A stretch of 64,000 nucleotides of DNA, taken from assembly GCA_964016885.1 (NCBI GenBank), contig OZ024740.1, positions 192,758,001-192,822,000 of the forward strand, given 5' to 3'. Shown in pieces: positions 37,047 to 51,480 of the stretch. The notes beneath the pieces are model-generated. The model saw only the letters and a program-made list of their open reading frames with translations. It had not been told where the DNA came from and did not search any database. Numbering within the stretch: position 1 is the stretch's first letter; each line of letters opens with the position of its first letter. Both the position numbers and the translations under genes were made by a program. This DNA is from Eledone cirrhosa. Taxonomy: Eukaryota.

Positions 37047-37855
37047 TTGTGTGCGTGTGTATGTATATGTGTGTATATGTGTGTGTGTGTATATGTCTAT
37101 ATATACATGTGTGTGTGTATGTGTATAGATATGTGTATTTATATGTGTGTGTGTATGTATGTGTATGTATAGATATATGTATGTGTGAGGGTGCGTGTAC
37201 GTATATATATTGTGTATATGGATGCATGTGTGTATATATGTTAGTATATATACGCATGTATATGTATACAACGTTTCTGTCACACTAAGACTGTCTAGGT
37301 ATCTATCTCCCCATTGGTTTGACACCACCAACACATCCACCAAACCACCATAAGCACCACTACCATAAAGAACAACACCACACCCACAGCACACACACAA
37401 ATCAGCCACAGATATACGCCACCTGTCTAGCGACGACCCCCCACACCACATCCCATCCCAACCAGCGACAGTCACCATCATCATCACATCCACCCCATAT
37501 AAACTGCAGGCGAAAATCAATCCACCACCGCCACACCACAGCCCAGCCCAGCCAGCGACCGTCACCAACACCTTTTCATCACACCCACCCCCACCTACAC
37601 CACAAGCGAAAACATCACTATGATCCATTCCACCAATCAAAACAACCCATATTGACCAACATATGAACTTCTGTCTTTATCATGTGGCATGTATTCATTT
37701 TCTAATAGCATTTTAAAGTGTCCGTCGAGCTGCCGATTATAGAGTGGGTTAAGATATATACAGATCGAACCTTGAGCTGATCAGTGGAAAAACGCGCGTC
37801 ACCTACCAATAAATGTAATGAAGGAGTAACCAATCGTCCTTGTTATCATTTCACT
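35560..37855. mobile_element. Large inverted-repeat structure, probably a PLE 3' end with inverted pLTR
   Basis: About 35562-36180 is inverted at about 37280-37850. A further inverted piece lies at 36590-36725. Arms contain internal ~75-bp CA-rich subrepeats. Confidence 0.7.
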
Positions 37856-38073
37856 ATAGAGAGAGAGAGAGTGAAAAAGAAGCATGACGTTAGAAAACAT
37901 TCTACACAGATGACTTCATATAAGGAAAATGATAAAAATAAAATCCAACCAGAGACATCAGGCTTTGCTAGCATCAATTATTTATACATGTTATAAATAT
38001 CTTTTTTCATATATATAGCAGGTGCGCTTTCAAACTGTTTCTTTATCATTTTCCTGATATATATATATATATG

Positions 38074-38119
<46 letters not shown>

Positions 38120-38259
38120 ATAGAGAGATAGACAGAGAGAGAGAGCTTTTTCCTTCTAACCAAATTACTAAGTAACATGCTTCACTAACAAGATATGAGA
38201 TCGAAACATGCTCTTAGCTTTCATTCCAAAGGTACTTGAACAAACTCAGGCTAAATAAT

Positions 38260-38445
38260 TGTTTCTACTTTAGGCACAAGGCCACCAATAACCCAGTGTA
38301 TTACTGGTACTTTATTTTATCGACCCTATAAGGATGAAAGGCAAAGTTAACCTCGGCGGGATTTGAACTCAGAATGGCAAGGGCCGTAACTCTATGCGTC
38401 AAAGCTTGGCGTCCGACCTTCTACCGATACTGCCAATCCACCGCA
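38260..38445 (-). mobile_element. Family-A SINE with 17-bp TSD
   Basis: AACTCAGGCTAAATAAT on both sides; A/B boxes on the minus strand. Confidence 0.92.
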
Positions 38446-40103
38446 ACTCAGGCTAAATAATGTCTTCCACTGCTTGTTCCTAATTATCTGAACCTCCCTA
38501 AAGAAATATTCCGATTTGAAATTACAAGGTTAGTCTCAATTGTTTTATTATTTTTCATTCATCATATTAAGAATATGCTTTGGTGCTATAATAAAATTTA
38601 CGCAGTTCCCCCTGTAAGAGTTATTGATTGAACCATGATAAAATAAACCCAATGCACTCTCTGAGGTGGTAGTATAAAGCCATAGTAAAAAGCATCCAGT
38701 ATATTCTGTAAATTGGTATTGCCTGCACTATAATAGAATTCACCCTGTATACTCCATAAAGAGTCTATGATAAATGCACCTAGTACTCATAACATGGAAG
38801 ATCCGGTTCACTGTCAAAGGGCACCCATGACATTCTGTACAGTTTTGGGGCCAGTTCCATAATAACATTTTCCCAGCAAATGCAGTAAGTTAGATTTAAT
38901 TAAGGACATCCAACCATAGAAAATAGGCCAAATATGATCCGAAATTCACCCGACCTCACTTAATCAATGACGAGATAACCCATCCAACTTATGCCAGGAA
39001 GAGACGGACATAAACGGATACCAATGATGATGGTATTGAGTGTGATAAAATGTGTTATGATTGATAAAACAAGAATATGTTGAGACATGCTACATTAACT
39101 TTTACTTGCATTTACTTTCATTATTATTCCATTGGTTAAACTATTGATCAAAATCACTTTTCCTATATCATTGGTTGAGAGCTGCAAACTACCCTCTGCA
39201 CATTAATTCCAGACTTTGATATGAAGAGAATTCATACATACTGCTTACGTGTGCATTTGCTTTGCCGCTGATAAAATATATATTGCTTTTGTGTTCTCTT
39301 GTTCTTTATTGATTGCTTGAATTCTTTGAATTTAGAATCCAAAGGCGAACGCATTCATTGAGCTTTTTATTTTGAAATTATCACATCCTTTATGAAACCA
39401 AACGTTTAAGTGCTATCTGGTATATGAACCTTTTAACATAGAAACGTCGACTGTACATGTGGTCTCAATACATGGAGTAGTTTCATATCTTCTGGGATAT
39501 AATGTTTAATTTGGAGCTGTTGTATAAATATATATATATTTACAGGTTTTGGACAGCAACGAGCCAGGGCGTGTGTACGTACATATACATACATATTTGT
39601 ATGTATTTGTACATATATACATATGCATATATGTGTAAATATATATAAAGATATATATTTCTCTCATTTCTCATCTTCTACTTTAGACCCTCTTTCTTTC
39701 ATTCTCTCTTCCTTCTTTTCTGACTGACTGTTCTTCCACTCATGAGTTTATATTTTAACATGACTTATGCTTAATAGCAACTGGTTGTTTTACAGCTTAT
39801 TCCACGAGTGTGATTCCAACAATTTCATGAAAATTCATATGTATTGGTTTACTCAATAATTTCATTAACCTTGTGGGTTACACAAAGGGGTACCGATATT
39901 AACACTCAATGACCAGGCAAATTCCATAAATTTAGGATAAAAAGACGAAGTTTCATATTAATTATCAACCAATTGCTTACATTTCAGAGATGATTGGTTC
40001 AATATCCATATTTGTATTATAGACCTGACTCCAGCATCAATCAATATTGACACCCGCAACAATATACATGTCTCCCTCTCACACACTCTCTCTCTCTTTC
40101 CTC

Positions 40104-40220
<117 letters not shown>

Positions 40221-40291
40221 AAAAAGAGATGAAATCGAAAATGCAACTGGAGTCTTATTTTTAAAAAAAAAATATATATATTTATTTGGTT

Positions 40292-40329
40292 CCTTTACCG
40301 GTTTCGCAGATCTTCTGCTTTTCAAAAGG
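40292..40329 (-). ncRNA. Minimal hammerhead, U3:A8 core variant
   Basis: CCUU-UUGAAAA-GCAGA aga UCUGC-GAAAC-CG-GUA|AAGG. Confidence 0.8.
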
Positions 40330-41072
40330 TGAGTTGAGATGGAGGGTCTGTGGTTTTTCTCACACCTGGTTGGTCTCTGAATGTTACTTGTTTTATATGG
40401 AAAAAGTTGCTCGAAATGCCAGGTTTTTCGAGAAGTAATTTGATTGGTTTGTCAATAATTATAATAAATATCGCGCCAGTTCGCGTTACAATAGTTCTTC
40501 AAATAAGAGGGGGGGGTTGTCACAGGTTGTTTTTTTTCATATATGAGTGTTTGAATTTCTTTTTACTTGAAAAAAGGGGCTCACGAAGGCTTTTTTGGGG
40601 TTGGTTATAAATGAAATTATGGCTGTCACGTGAACAAGTTTTCATTAAATTTTCGTGTCCTTATTTGGAAATCCATTCTGTAGCCTTTTTAGAGAATTTT
40701 GTGATAAGTGAAAGATAATGGTCAAGAGAAAGGGATGGGAGAATTGTTCTGGTTCAGTGAATATGGTTAGTTCGCTGTGGTGTCAGAATTCAGATTGTCT
40801 ATTGAATAAAGAAAGTAAAGATATGTATGTTTATTTGTGTGCTTCTGTGTGTGTGTGTGTGTTGTGTGTGTGTGTGTTTGAATTTCTTTACTTTAAAAAA
40901 AGGTGGCTCACGAAGGCTTTTTTTTAATAAACGTGATTTGATTGGTTATATAATGGGATTGGGAGAATTGTTCTGGTTCAGTGAATATGGTTAGTTCGCT
41001 GGGGTGTCGGAGTTCAGATTTTCTATTGAAGTAAAGATATGTATGTTTATTTGTGTGCTTGTGTGTGTGTGT

Positions 41073-41132
<60 letters not shown>

Positions 41133-41580
41133 TGGAAGATGATTCTATTAGTAGAAATGGTGGAGGGAGTTGTGTGTGTGTGTGTGCAAGTATGTTAAGA
41201 TGGAGAGAATATATATTTTGTGTGTGTATATATGTGTAGGAAAGTGGTTATATTAGTAGAAATGGGGGAGGGGAGTTGTGGGTGTGGGGGTTGGTATGTG
41301 TGTGTATGGGTGTTATGTGTGTGGGACTATGGTTAGCATGTTAAGATGAAGAGAATATATATATATATATATTGTGTGTGTGTGTGTAGGAAAATGATTC
41401 CTTTAGTCGGAATATTTTTTAATGAACATATTTTCCTTACTTATTCGTATTTGTTCTGTTGTATTGTCAGTGCAAATGTATGTTAAGGCAAATGTATGTT
41501 AGTTCGAGTTTTTATTTTCTAAAGTAGAAGGTGTTATGTATGTGTGTGTATGTCATATTATGGTGTTGACATAATGTATA

Positions 41581-44500
41581 TTAAACCTTATTTAATGTTG
41601 GTCTATATTTTTGAATAAACATATTTTCCTTATTTATTCGTATTTGTTCTGTTGTATTGTTAGCGCAAAGGTAAAATGGGAAGACTTGGAATTTGGGTGT
41701 CTTATTACTTGCGCAAATGTCTAGATGTGCACTTAGTGGTATCTGTCTCGTGGTTGGATCTCGTAATTGTTGGCGATGAACTGTCATTCTGTTTCTGAGC
41801 GTGAATTTAGTTTGTCCTATATAATATCCATTGCATCCTTTACATTTAATGGCATAAATTAGATTGTTTGATGAGCAAGTGAAGTGATTTTTTACAGTAA
41901 AATTTTGTCCTGATTTAAATGTATACGTGTTGCCTTCAATGAGATGAGTGCAGGTTCCACAATTAGAGCGACCACATTTTTTGATACTTGGTTGTGGGTT
42001 TGTGGTAGGTAATTTGGCATTGGTGAGTAATGTTTTCAGTGATTTTGGTTGTCCTTTGCTTTTGATTATTTTGTGTGTTTCAAGGGATTTTTTCATTCTT
42101 GGGTTTTGTTTTAGTCGTGGGATGTTCTTGTGAATAGTGTTGTACGCTTCCGCATTTCTTGGGTTTTGTGTTGAGATATATGATAGAATATTGGACGTAC
42201 CTTGAATTTGTTTTTGTTTCCGTAATTCATCAATGCCTATTGCTTTAGCCCTTTCTATTCCATTATTTATTAGTAATAGTGGGTACTCTCTCTCGAGTAG
42301 AATTTCCTTTAGTTCTTGAAGTCTTTTATTTCGCGTTTCATAATTGGAGACAATTGTGCAAATTCTTCTTGCTAGGTTAAAAGGAATGTTCGTCTTCGTG
42401 TGTTTTGGATGGTTGGAGGTGAATAGCAGATATTGTTTGGAATCTGTTGGTTTGTAGTGTATGTCAGTTTCGATATTGGTGTCTTTTTTTAAGATTAAGA
42501 TGTCCAGAAATGGGAGTTGATCTTGGCTGTATTCCATTGTGAATTGGATGAGGTTATTGATGCCGTTTATTAAGTTTTTGAAATCCTTCAGTTGGTCGAG
42601 TGTGTGGGACCAAAGAATGAGGCAATCTTCCAAGTAGCGTTTCCAATTCTCTGATAAATATTTGTGGAAGTTCAATCCTTATTTTGATTTGGACTGTTCA
42701 TATATCTGGACTTCTAAGTATGCCATGACTAAGTTGGCATAAGTTGGAGCGGCTTTTGTACCCATCGCAGTCCCCGATATGTGCTTGTAAGTATTGCCAT
42801 CGAAATCAAAAAAGTTGTTCTGTAAGATGAATTTTAATCCCTCGGTGATGAAGCTTTTTTCTATTCTGTCAGGTATCTCATTGGGATATTTCTCTAGCCA
42901 GAATCCTATTACTTCTAGTCCGTATTGGTGTGGGATCGTTGTGTAGAGATTCACTACATCGAAAGACACAATAATAGTGTCGTTGTTGACATGTTTGGGG
43001 AGGTGGTTTAAGAGGTCCAGATCGTCTCTTACAAGGCTTGGTATGTGTTTCAGTATTGGTTTCAGTAGTATGTCTATAAAGTTGCTCAGTCTGTATGTTT
43101 CAAATTGTGGGCCCGCTACAATTGGTCTTAATTTAAGGTCTGTGGGGTATTGTGTGTTCACGCAGGCTGAGGTGGATTGTTTCAGGCATCGTTGATTATT
43201 TTACACTTGTGGATCTTCGGAAGTCCGTAAAGGTTGCTGGTTTTGTATTCAAAATTTGTTAAATAATCGCGTTCCTTTTAGTTAGGTCTTCCTGGTATCG
43301 ATAAATCAGTGTGTTTAATTTGGTCATTATTTTTGATTGCTGGTAGTTTTTTACTCTTTCATAGTAATTAGTATTTTGTAAGAGAGAGAACATATAATTT
43401 TTATATTTTTCAGCCTCCATAATGACAACAGTACTTCCCTTGTCCGCTTCCTTAATTATAATGTCATGGTATGGGAAGGTAGCTATGTGGTCACAAAATT
43501 TGTCCAGAACTCTGTTTCTACCTTTTGTTGGGTTGTAGCTGCTTTTATTCCGTACAATTTATTCGTCGTTATTCTTCTTGTCAAAGAATTCCTCTGTGAG
43601 ACGTAATTTTCTACAGAAGTGTGAGATATCGTCATTTATCTCATTGGGATTAGAGTATTGTGGTGTTGGTGTGAATTTCAGTCCTTTGGAGAGAATTTTT
43701 ACTTGTTGGGCTGAGAGGTTCGTATTTGAAAGGTTAATTATTTTCGGTTTTTCAAAATCGGTTTGTGCCACCGGGTGTCGTGAGTCCTGTAGCCTTGGTC
43801 TAAAAAATGATTTTTCTTGAATGTTTTTTCAATGGTATTATTATATCTAATGGTATTTCCCCTGTGTTTGTGTGGTCTTGTATAGAAGTTTCGGACGTAT
43901 TGAGGTTCGGTTTGTTGATAGTCCGGGCTGTAGATTTTCTTCCTTTGTGTGGGTTGGGATCTACGGTTTTGGAACAGGCTCTGTGTGGGCAGGGGTCTAC
44001 GGTTTTGGAATAGGTTTTGTGTGGGTTGTGATCTGCGGATCAGGTCCTGCCTTGTGTTCGGGGATCTTTGGTATTTGTTAGTAGGGTTATAGTTTTGTCT
44101 ATGGTTTCTGGGATTATCGTTATAGTTTTGTTGGGGGTGTGTTGGACGTTTTGTTACTTTTTTTGTTATTTGTTGTGCATGTGGTGTGTGAGTTTTAGTT
44201 TGTTTTAAAAATGGGTTACCTGTATGTTGTTCCTTTTTGAAGTCCATTTCGTAGTTGTTGAACCAGGTGGAGTTTTTTCCCATCGCTGGGGGGATGTTAG
44301 TTCTTCATCCTCACAGTTTTCTTTCCAAAGTTTTAGGGTTTTCTTGTAGAGTAGGCCTTCAGAGTGCTTTGAGATTTCTGTGTCCATATGTTGGTCGAGT
44401 GACTTGAATTTTTCTTCGTTGGAGTTGGCTCTTAATCGCAACAGTTCTATTTCTGTTTTAAATTTTGCCAATGCCATCTTTTCCCTAAGTCTTTGTTGGT

Positions 44501-44940
44501 TTTCTGGTTCATTCGGGATGGGTTTTATTTGAAGTGTTTTGGGGAGGATGATTGGGGTAGAGTTTAGCCACTTTTCATATATGTCTGCCTTGCCATTATT
44601 TTTTAGGAGATTCCAAAGGGCGAATTTGCGGGCTGTGAGCTTTTGAGTCCATATGTTGATTAGGGTGTTTTTTCACTGAGTGGACATCTCGTATATTGGG
44701 TTCTAACGGTTGTTCCAGCTTTTGGAGCATTGCTGTTTCAATGGTTTCGATTAGCTTAGTTAATACTGGAGTAATATTCGTCTTTTGGGTATTTTCTGTT
44801 TCTTTGTGGAGTCCTTTTTTATAGATGTGTATTTGGTCCACTTTGTTGGTCAAAATTAAGAGTTTAGAGGAAATCTCTTTGAGTTCATTTAAGATGTCCT
44901 GGTTCAGTGAGTTGTTGTTTTGTTCAGACTTTGGTGGCAT
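41581..44940 (-). pseudogene. PLE polyprotein: long N-terminus, RT, CxxxxCxxC linker, GIY-YIG with CCHH; several frameshifts
   Basis: LSKGLKFTPTP, LRPIVAG, SFDVVNLYT, GTAMGT, WKRYLEDC, LPFLD, HYKPTD, CGRSNCGTC, LIYAIKCKGC.YYIGQT and HR...HL. Confidence 0.95.
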
Positions 44941-45106
44941 TTTCGGTCTTCGTGTGGTGGGTATATATTAGAAAGTGAGGTTTTTTTTACAAAATGAAAA
45001 ATAACCGAGGTGTCCTACACGAGTGAAAGTATAAAGAAAAAGAGATGAAATCGAAAATGCAACTGGAGTCTTATTTTTTTTTTTAAATATATATATTTAT
45101 TTGGTT

Positions 45107-45144
45107 CCTTTACAGGTTTCGCAGTTCTTCTGATTTTCAAAAGG
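45107..45144 (-). ncRNA. Minimal hammerhead, U3:A8 variant (5' pLTR)
   Basis: CCUU-UUGAAAA-uCAG...CUGC-GAAAC-CU-GUA|AAGG. Confidence 0.72.
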
Positions 45145-46024
45145 TGAGTTGAGATGGAGGGTCTGTGGTTTTTCTCACATCTGGTTGGTCTCTGAATGTT
45201 ACTTGTTTTATATGGAAAAAGTTGCTCGAAATGCCAGGTTTTTCGAGAAGTAATTTGATTGGTTTGTCAATAATTATAATAATTTCGCGCCAGTTCGCGT
45301 TACAATAGTTCTTCAAATAATCATTGTCATAACATTCTCTATGAAGGCTACAGAATAGATTTCCAAATAAGGGCGAAAAAATGTAAAGAAAACTTGTTCA
45401 CGTGACAGCCAAATTTCATTTCTAACCAATCAAATCACGTTTATTAAAAAAAAAAGCCTTCGTGAGCCACCTTTTTTTTAAGTAAAGAAATTCAAACACA
45501 CACACAAGCACACAAATAAACATACATATCTTTACTTTCTTTATTCAATAGAAAATCTGAATTCTGACACCCCAGCGAACTAACCATATTCACTGAACCA
45601 GAACAATTCTCCCATCCCTTTCTCTTGACCATTATCTTTCACTTATCACAAAATTCTCTAAAAAGGCTACAGAATGGATTTCCAAATAAGGACACGAAAA
45701 TTTAATGAAAACTTGTTCACATGACAGCCATAATTTCATTTATAACCAACCAAAAAAAAGCCTTCGTGAACCCCTTTTTTCAAGTAAAAAGAAATTCAAA
45801 CACTCATATATGAAAAAACAACCTGTGACAACCTCCCCCCCCCCCTCTTATTTGAAGAACTATTGTAACGCGAACTGGCGCGATATTTATTATAATTATT
45901 GACAAACCAATCAAATTACTTCTCGAAAAACCTTGCATTTCGAGCCACTTTTTCCATATAAAACAAGTAACATTCAGAGACCAACCAGATGTGAGAAAAA
46001 CCACAGACCCTCCATCTCAACTCA

Positions 46025-46062
46025 CCTTTTGAAAAGCAGAAGAACTGCGAAACCGGTAAAGA
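46025..46062 (+). ncRNA. Minimal hammerhead, U3:A8 variant (inverted pLTR)
   Basis: CCUU-UUGAAAA-GCAG aagaa CUGC-GAAAC-CG-GUA|AAG. Confidence 0.75.
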
Positions 46063-46194
46063 AACCAAATAAATATATATATATTTTTTTTTAAATAAGA
46101 CTCCAGTTGCATTTTCGATTTCATTTCTTTTTCTTTATACTTTCACTTGTGTAGGACTCCTCGGTTATTTTTCATTTTGTAAAAAAACCCTCAG

Positions 46195-46240
<46 letters not shown>

Positions 46241-46479
46241 AGTCCATTTGTTTGTTAGAAAGCCATACAATGCCAGTGGGTAAATTGCCAATGTTATACG
46301 TTAGAAGGGAATTGAGAGAGAAAGCCCGAATAAAAGAAAGGAAGAGTGTTTGAATGTTACCTTAACAATTTAATATTTAAATATTAAATTGCTATGACAA
46401 ATTTCAGTGATTTTTTCATTCCTTCCTACATAACCATTTGACAGCTATTCCACATCAATCGCCCTCAAAGCAGCAGTAA

Positions 46480-47230
46480 GGACCATTTGGGATTTTGTTG
46501 ATGAGTTTTTACATCAACAAGATATCAGCAAAACTATTTTAGACCTGGTGTTTGAAACCACACTCACACTATACACAATATTATGGTGGAAACAACTCTT
46601 CTCTCAGACCACGACATAGTTTTCTGTAACCCTCTGAGACTCAACCAGCCGGATGTGAAACCCAGTAACCTCTTTCCATCTCACAAAGTTGATAACATGC
46701 ATTTTCATAGTGCCAACTGGCATGCAATCACTAATGGTCGTTCTCACCCATACACCTCCATTAATATCAAAACTTCTTGGCAGATATTTGTAGACGTTAT
46801 TACAAATATATGAACAAAACTAAGTGAAGAGTCCCTAAAAATAACACTCTCCCCGATTATGCTAAAACCATGTATGAGATACCTCAGAAAGAATACAGGT
46901 CTGTTTTCAAAAATCCTGATATGGTTGATTTGGAAAATATCAGTGACATAACCACCACCAATCACCCAACATAACATATCTGACAATGTATGGTGTTCCT
47001 GGTCTGCTATGTTAGCAGCAATACGCAAAATAAACAACCCAACAGCAGGCCCCGATAGGTTTCCTCCTAGTGTCCTGAATAATTGCTGCCATCAACTTGC
47101 ACCCCTCTTGCTAATATCTAGAGAAACTCACTTGACATATGCTATATTCCTGAACATTTCCTGCCCCAGTCTTCAGAAATGGAAACAAGTCCCTTGCAGG
47201 GAATTGCCAATCGTAATCAGCTCTCATATT
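46480..47230 (+). mobile_element. Old LINE fragment (CR1/Jockey-like)
   Basis: Remnants ILDLVF, LSDHDIV and AGPDRFPPSVLNNCCHQLAPLL. Confidence 0.6.
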
Positions 47231-48194
47231 ATCAATGCTTTGATTAATTCAATAATATCATCTATCATCATTTTTAATAGTTTGAGGTGTTTTTGCCTCA
47301 AAAAAGTCATTTAAGGATTGTGTGATGCTTTCATTCTGATCTGACATTTAATTTTTTTTATGTGGAGCAATTCATTGTTCCAATTTTTATGATTATGAGA
47401 GAACGAATGAGTTTATGATCAGACCATGTTTCTCTTATTGAAAGAGCACGAGGGAGACTTATATGATGCATGCTTGTCTGACATGCAATTATATAATCAA
47501 TTAAATGATATTGATGAGATCTTGGGCTTTCGCAGCTAGTCTACAAATGATCTTGGAAGTAATTATAAGATTCAATTCTGTATAAAGTGATAGCAAAAGA
47601 AGGCCTTTTGAGTGAATTTCTACAATACTATGCCCGCGTTTACGGAAACAGGAATACAATTCTTATTTAGGCTTAAAGGACGAGTTTTGTGTTGGGGCAG
47701 AGCAACTGCTCGTTTCTCCTATTTTCACGCAAAGGGTCAGAATCCAATAATTGATACCTTATAGGAAGAGATTCAAGTTGCTTTATTGAATCACTTCTAA
47801 TAGTATCGTATATATATCTTTTTTTTCAAAACTAAGTGTGAATTATCTGTTACCCACGTGGTATGTTACTACACTATCCATTTATGCTTCTGTGTGGAAA
47901 TAGGTTAATTTCAAATAAAATTATTAGAAACCTCACTCGCTGGATGAACTATCAAATATCAACCTCAACTATATGATTTCAAAAATTCTACATCCTGGTA
48001 AATTTGATAGGATGTAAATCAGACAGTGTAGATATGGAATTATTTCTGTTTTATATTATGCCCTGGACTTTTGTAAGATTATGTAAAACATTTTAAGAAT
48101 AAATAATATAGGTTTATGTATATATATATATATTCGTATATATAATTAGAGACAGAGATTTGCAAAATCCTGCAAAATCCAAGTTGTCTCCGTT

Positions 48195-48243
<49 letters not shown>

Positions 48244-48724
48244 TACTACAGAACAATTTTACTTTGGGTTAACATATAAAAGCATTTGGTGTAAGACGAT
48301 CATGTATTTATGCATAAACATTATTTAAAATATTATACCATACAGTGGTAACATGAAAGTGAAAACATGAGGTTAGGTAGGGAAATACAAATTCATGCCC
48401 GCTATGTTGGTTGCAAATTATGCAGCCTCATTCTTTTGGTGTCAACCTATATTTGTCCCATACACGTTTGTATTTAATGTCTACAAACTTCATTAACATT
48501 TATATATGTGTCTATGTAACGTGATGTGATCGATAGTACTAAAGCTTCATGGACTGGAACTCCATCGGTTTCAACAAAGCAGTGTCCTGTTGTTCGATTA
48601 ATATAACACCCTTTTCATAATATGAATTTTTAAATAGCTGAGTATTTCAGACCATTAGATTTAGGGAAATCAAACATAACAATGTGACACAGACAAGCCT
48701 TTTCAATTACAGATACAATACTTC

Positions 48725-48870
48725 TGATGGTTTTCCAACAGTTTCCCTCAATCCAGATTCACTCACAAAGATTGGATCGATTCCGGGCTAGGGTAAATAA
48801 TACTTGCCCAAGATGCGGCACTGTGGATCAAACCCAGAACATGGTGATTGCAAAGTAAACTTCTTACCCC
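48725..48870 (-). mobile_element. Degenerate SINE with CORE-like CTTGCCCAAG
   Basis: ACTTGCCCAAGATG...GGATCAAACCCAG (reverse B-box-like). Confidence 0.45.
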
Positions 48871-51480
48871 TTCTTCATTCATGCTGTGTCCAATAAATCT
48901 CAACATTAGATAGCTATACCACATAATCTGTCATAAAATGAAAATATTTGACGACGATCAAGCTTATATTAATTAATATACTCATTGTTGCAATTTTCAT
49001 GGCAATATTTCAATGTTGGTCAATAGGGCTTGACCTCAAAAGTTTAAGCATTAACTCATTACACTTATATTTATTTCAGAAATTATTCTAATATCAAACA
49101 ATAATTCAATATAATTATTTATAATCTGAACAGAGCAGAAAATAGTGTGAATCTGATTTATTTATTAGCAAAAATAACAAGAAACATTTTCAATACATTA
49201 ATCAAAGGAAAATACACATAAAGCCTTTTTTCCATAATTTTAATAACACTGATTACATAGATTCATTGACTGTTGCCCATCAAAAGTATATATATTATGC
49301 ATCTTGATGTTTTGACTCATTTAATATGAACAATTTCTTAAAAGTTAATTGCATTCAGTCATGTGGCTAGTACTTATTTCATATAATGTATCACCATTTC
49401 TATCGCTTTGAAATTGTTGATGGAAATAAATAGCGTTACTAATTTATTAAATCATTAATAATTTTTCAAATTTTATGAAAATGAAAATAGATAGTAAAAT
49501 AACATGAATATATTTAAATGGTTCAATGATAGTATCATTTGAATACAAGGTAATATGTAGCAAATCAAGTTGTTCATGTATTCCTCAAATTTTCTTGAAC
49601 AATAATGACCACATTTGGTGACTACTAATCAGCGGTACATATTCAGCCTTATTTCATAGGTCAATACCAATTATTTGACTGCTGATTATCTGCTGCTTAT
49701 TTTATATACTTCAATATGAAAATGTGTATTATAATTAATTATAAATAATATATTATAATATTTAATAATTAATCACAAATATTGAGTTACTTTTTGAAAG
49801 CAAAGGATCACAAAATTAATCTGATATTATTGTAGTAACATACAGGAGCCTAGAAAAAAATCAGCTGTACTCCAAATATGGTAAGTTTTGATGTTATAAT
49901 TATAATGTATGTGTTCATAAAATTTATCATATATATATATATTCATTGTTACAGTACTTTAAGATATAAAGAAACATTATTACTAGAAAATTATTATATA
50001 TCTGTAAATAAATATGTAATCAGAATCTGAATATTCTTAAAATGAATTCCTATTTAAAAGATCATCTAACGACATGAACTCATAGGCAGGTCGGAGTGAA
50101 TCTCTTCTATTTTGATACCCTTTACCTGACAGAGAGTTATGTCCCCAGGCTGTCTGTAGTAATTTATAGTACTGTAAATCATGTTCAATCACTAGAATTA
50201 GAGGTGTATTGTACTCGTGGGTCTAAATTTTGTGTCCAATGAAGTAGTATGTTTCTTATGTGTTTCTACATGTCAAATCCAGTGTTTTCCAAATTCCTTT
50301 GTCACTCAGGTTTTTGTGCTCCAAAAAATAATGGCTTATTATCAAAGCCAATAAATAGAGCATCAAAAGCTGATACCAATTAATTAGCAAAATGCTTGAT
50401 ATGCCCGAGACAGATTATCTGCCAATTAATCAGTACAACCCTAATTGAAATAAAACAATAACAAAAAGGACATATTTGCATCAAAACAATCAGTATAATT
50501 GAATTTAGATCCAAAATCTACATTTTGTTTAATAAGCCTTACAATAAATATCCCGCCTACTCCAGCAAAATCAACCAAAGTCTCCAGATAAATTTCAAGC
50601 ATACAATAAAAGTCTAGATGCCAGTATGTGTGGTATGTTATATGCCATCGGCTGTGTATCTCTATGATGCTAAATGATAATTTTACTGCACCTGTAAATA
50701 ATTATTTCATTTTATTTTACAAAGTTATTTATACAAAAATTAAAACACACAAAGAGGAAATGAAAAGAATTACAAGAAAAAAAGCAAGCAACGCATGAAA
50801 AGTGAGTGTAGGAGGGACATGCACATGCAGTGCCTCATCTGTGTCCTACGGATAAAATGACAAAGGTATTCCCTCGGCAACAGCAGCCCTAACACAAGGG
50901 GATTTCGCCTCACATGGGCCACCATCTTTCAAATTTTATAGAAGAAAATCAGTAATGAAATGTCCAAGGACATCAGTACAGAGAGGAAGCATCGTTAAGG
51001 ACTCTTTCCATTAAATGAGAATGATAGGTTGCAGTAATATTTAAGTTAGTCAGGGGAAATTAAGCAAACAGTGCCAAAAGATACAGACTTGTCAAACCTG
51101 CAACAAGGGTGTGAATTGGGAATGGATCAAGGCCTGGTCCTTTAGGAATTTCCAGAAAATTCAAATTAATTGAATATAATCTTGTGAAGTATAACCACAA
51201 AACATGTTTTCCTTTTTTAATATGGAATATAGATACACAGTAGTGAGAAAATGAAGAAATGTGTGGTTGTGATATTTACATTCTTCTCAAGAAACAGTGC
51301 AATGGAAATGATGAAGTAAGTTGACTTCTGTAATACAGGGTTAATTAAACCAATATATAAAACATCTGTAACAAAATAAACAGATTGACAGTTAGCTAAA
51401 AGTAAATACATTTTCAGTGGTATGTATATTATAATTACATGTCACAAAAAGTCTAATATTTCATTTGTTTATATTAATAA

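Noticed and set aside
35744-37666. His/Pro/Thr-rich ORFs (227 aa, 235 aa and others)
   Set aside because: They come from CA-rich subrepeats inside an inverted repeat; there is no domain and frames are open on both strands.
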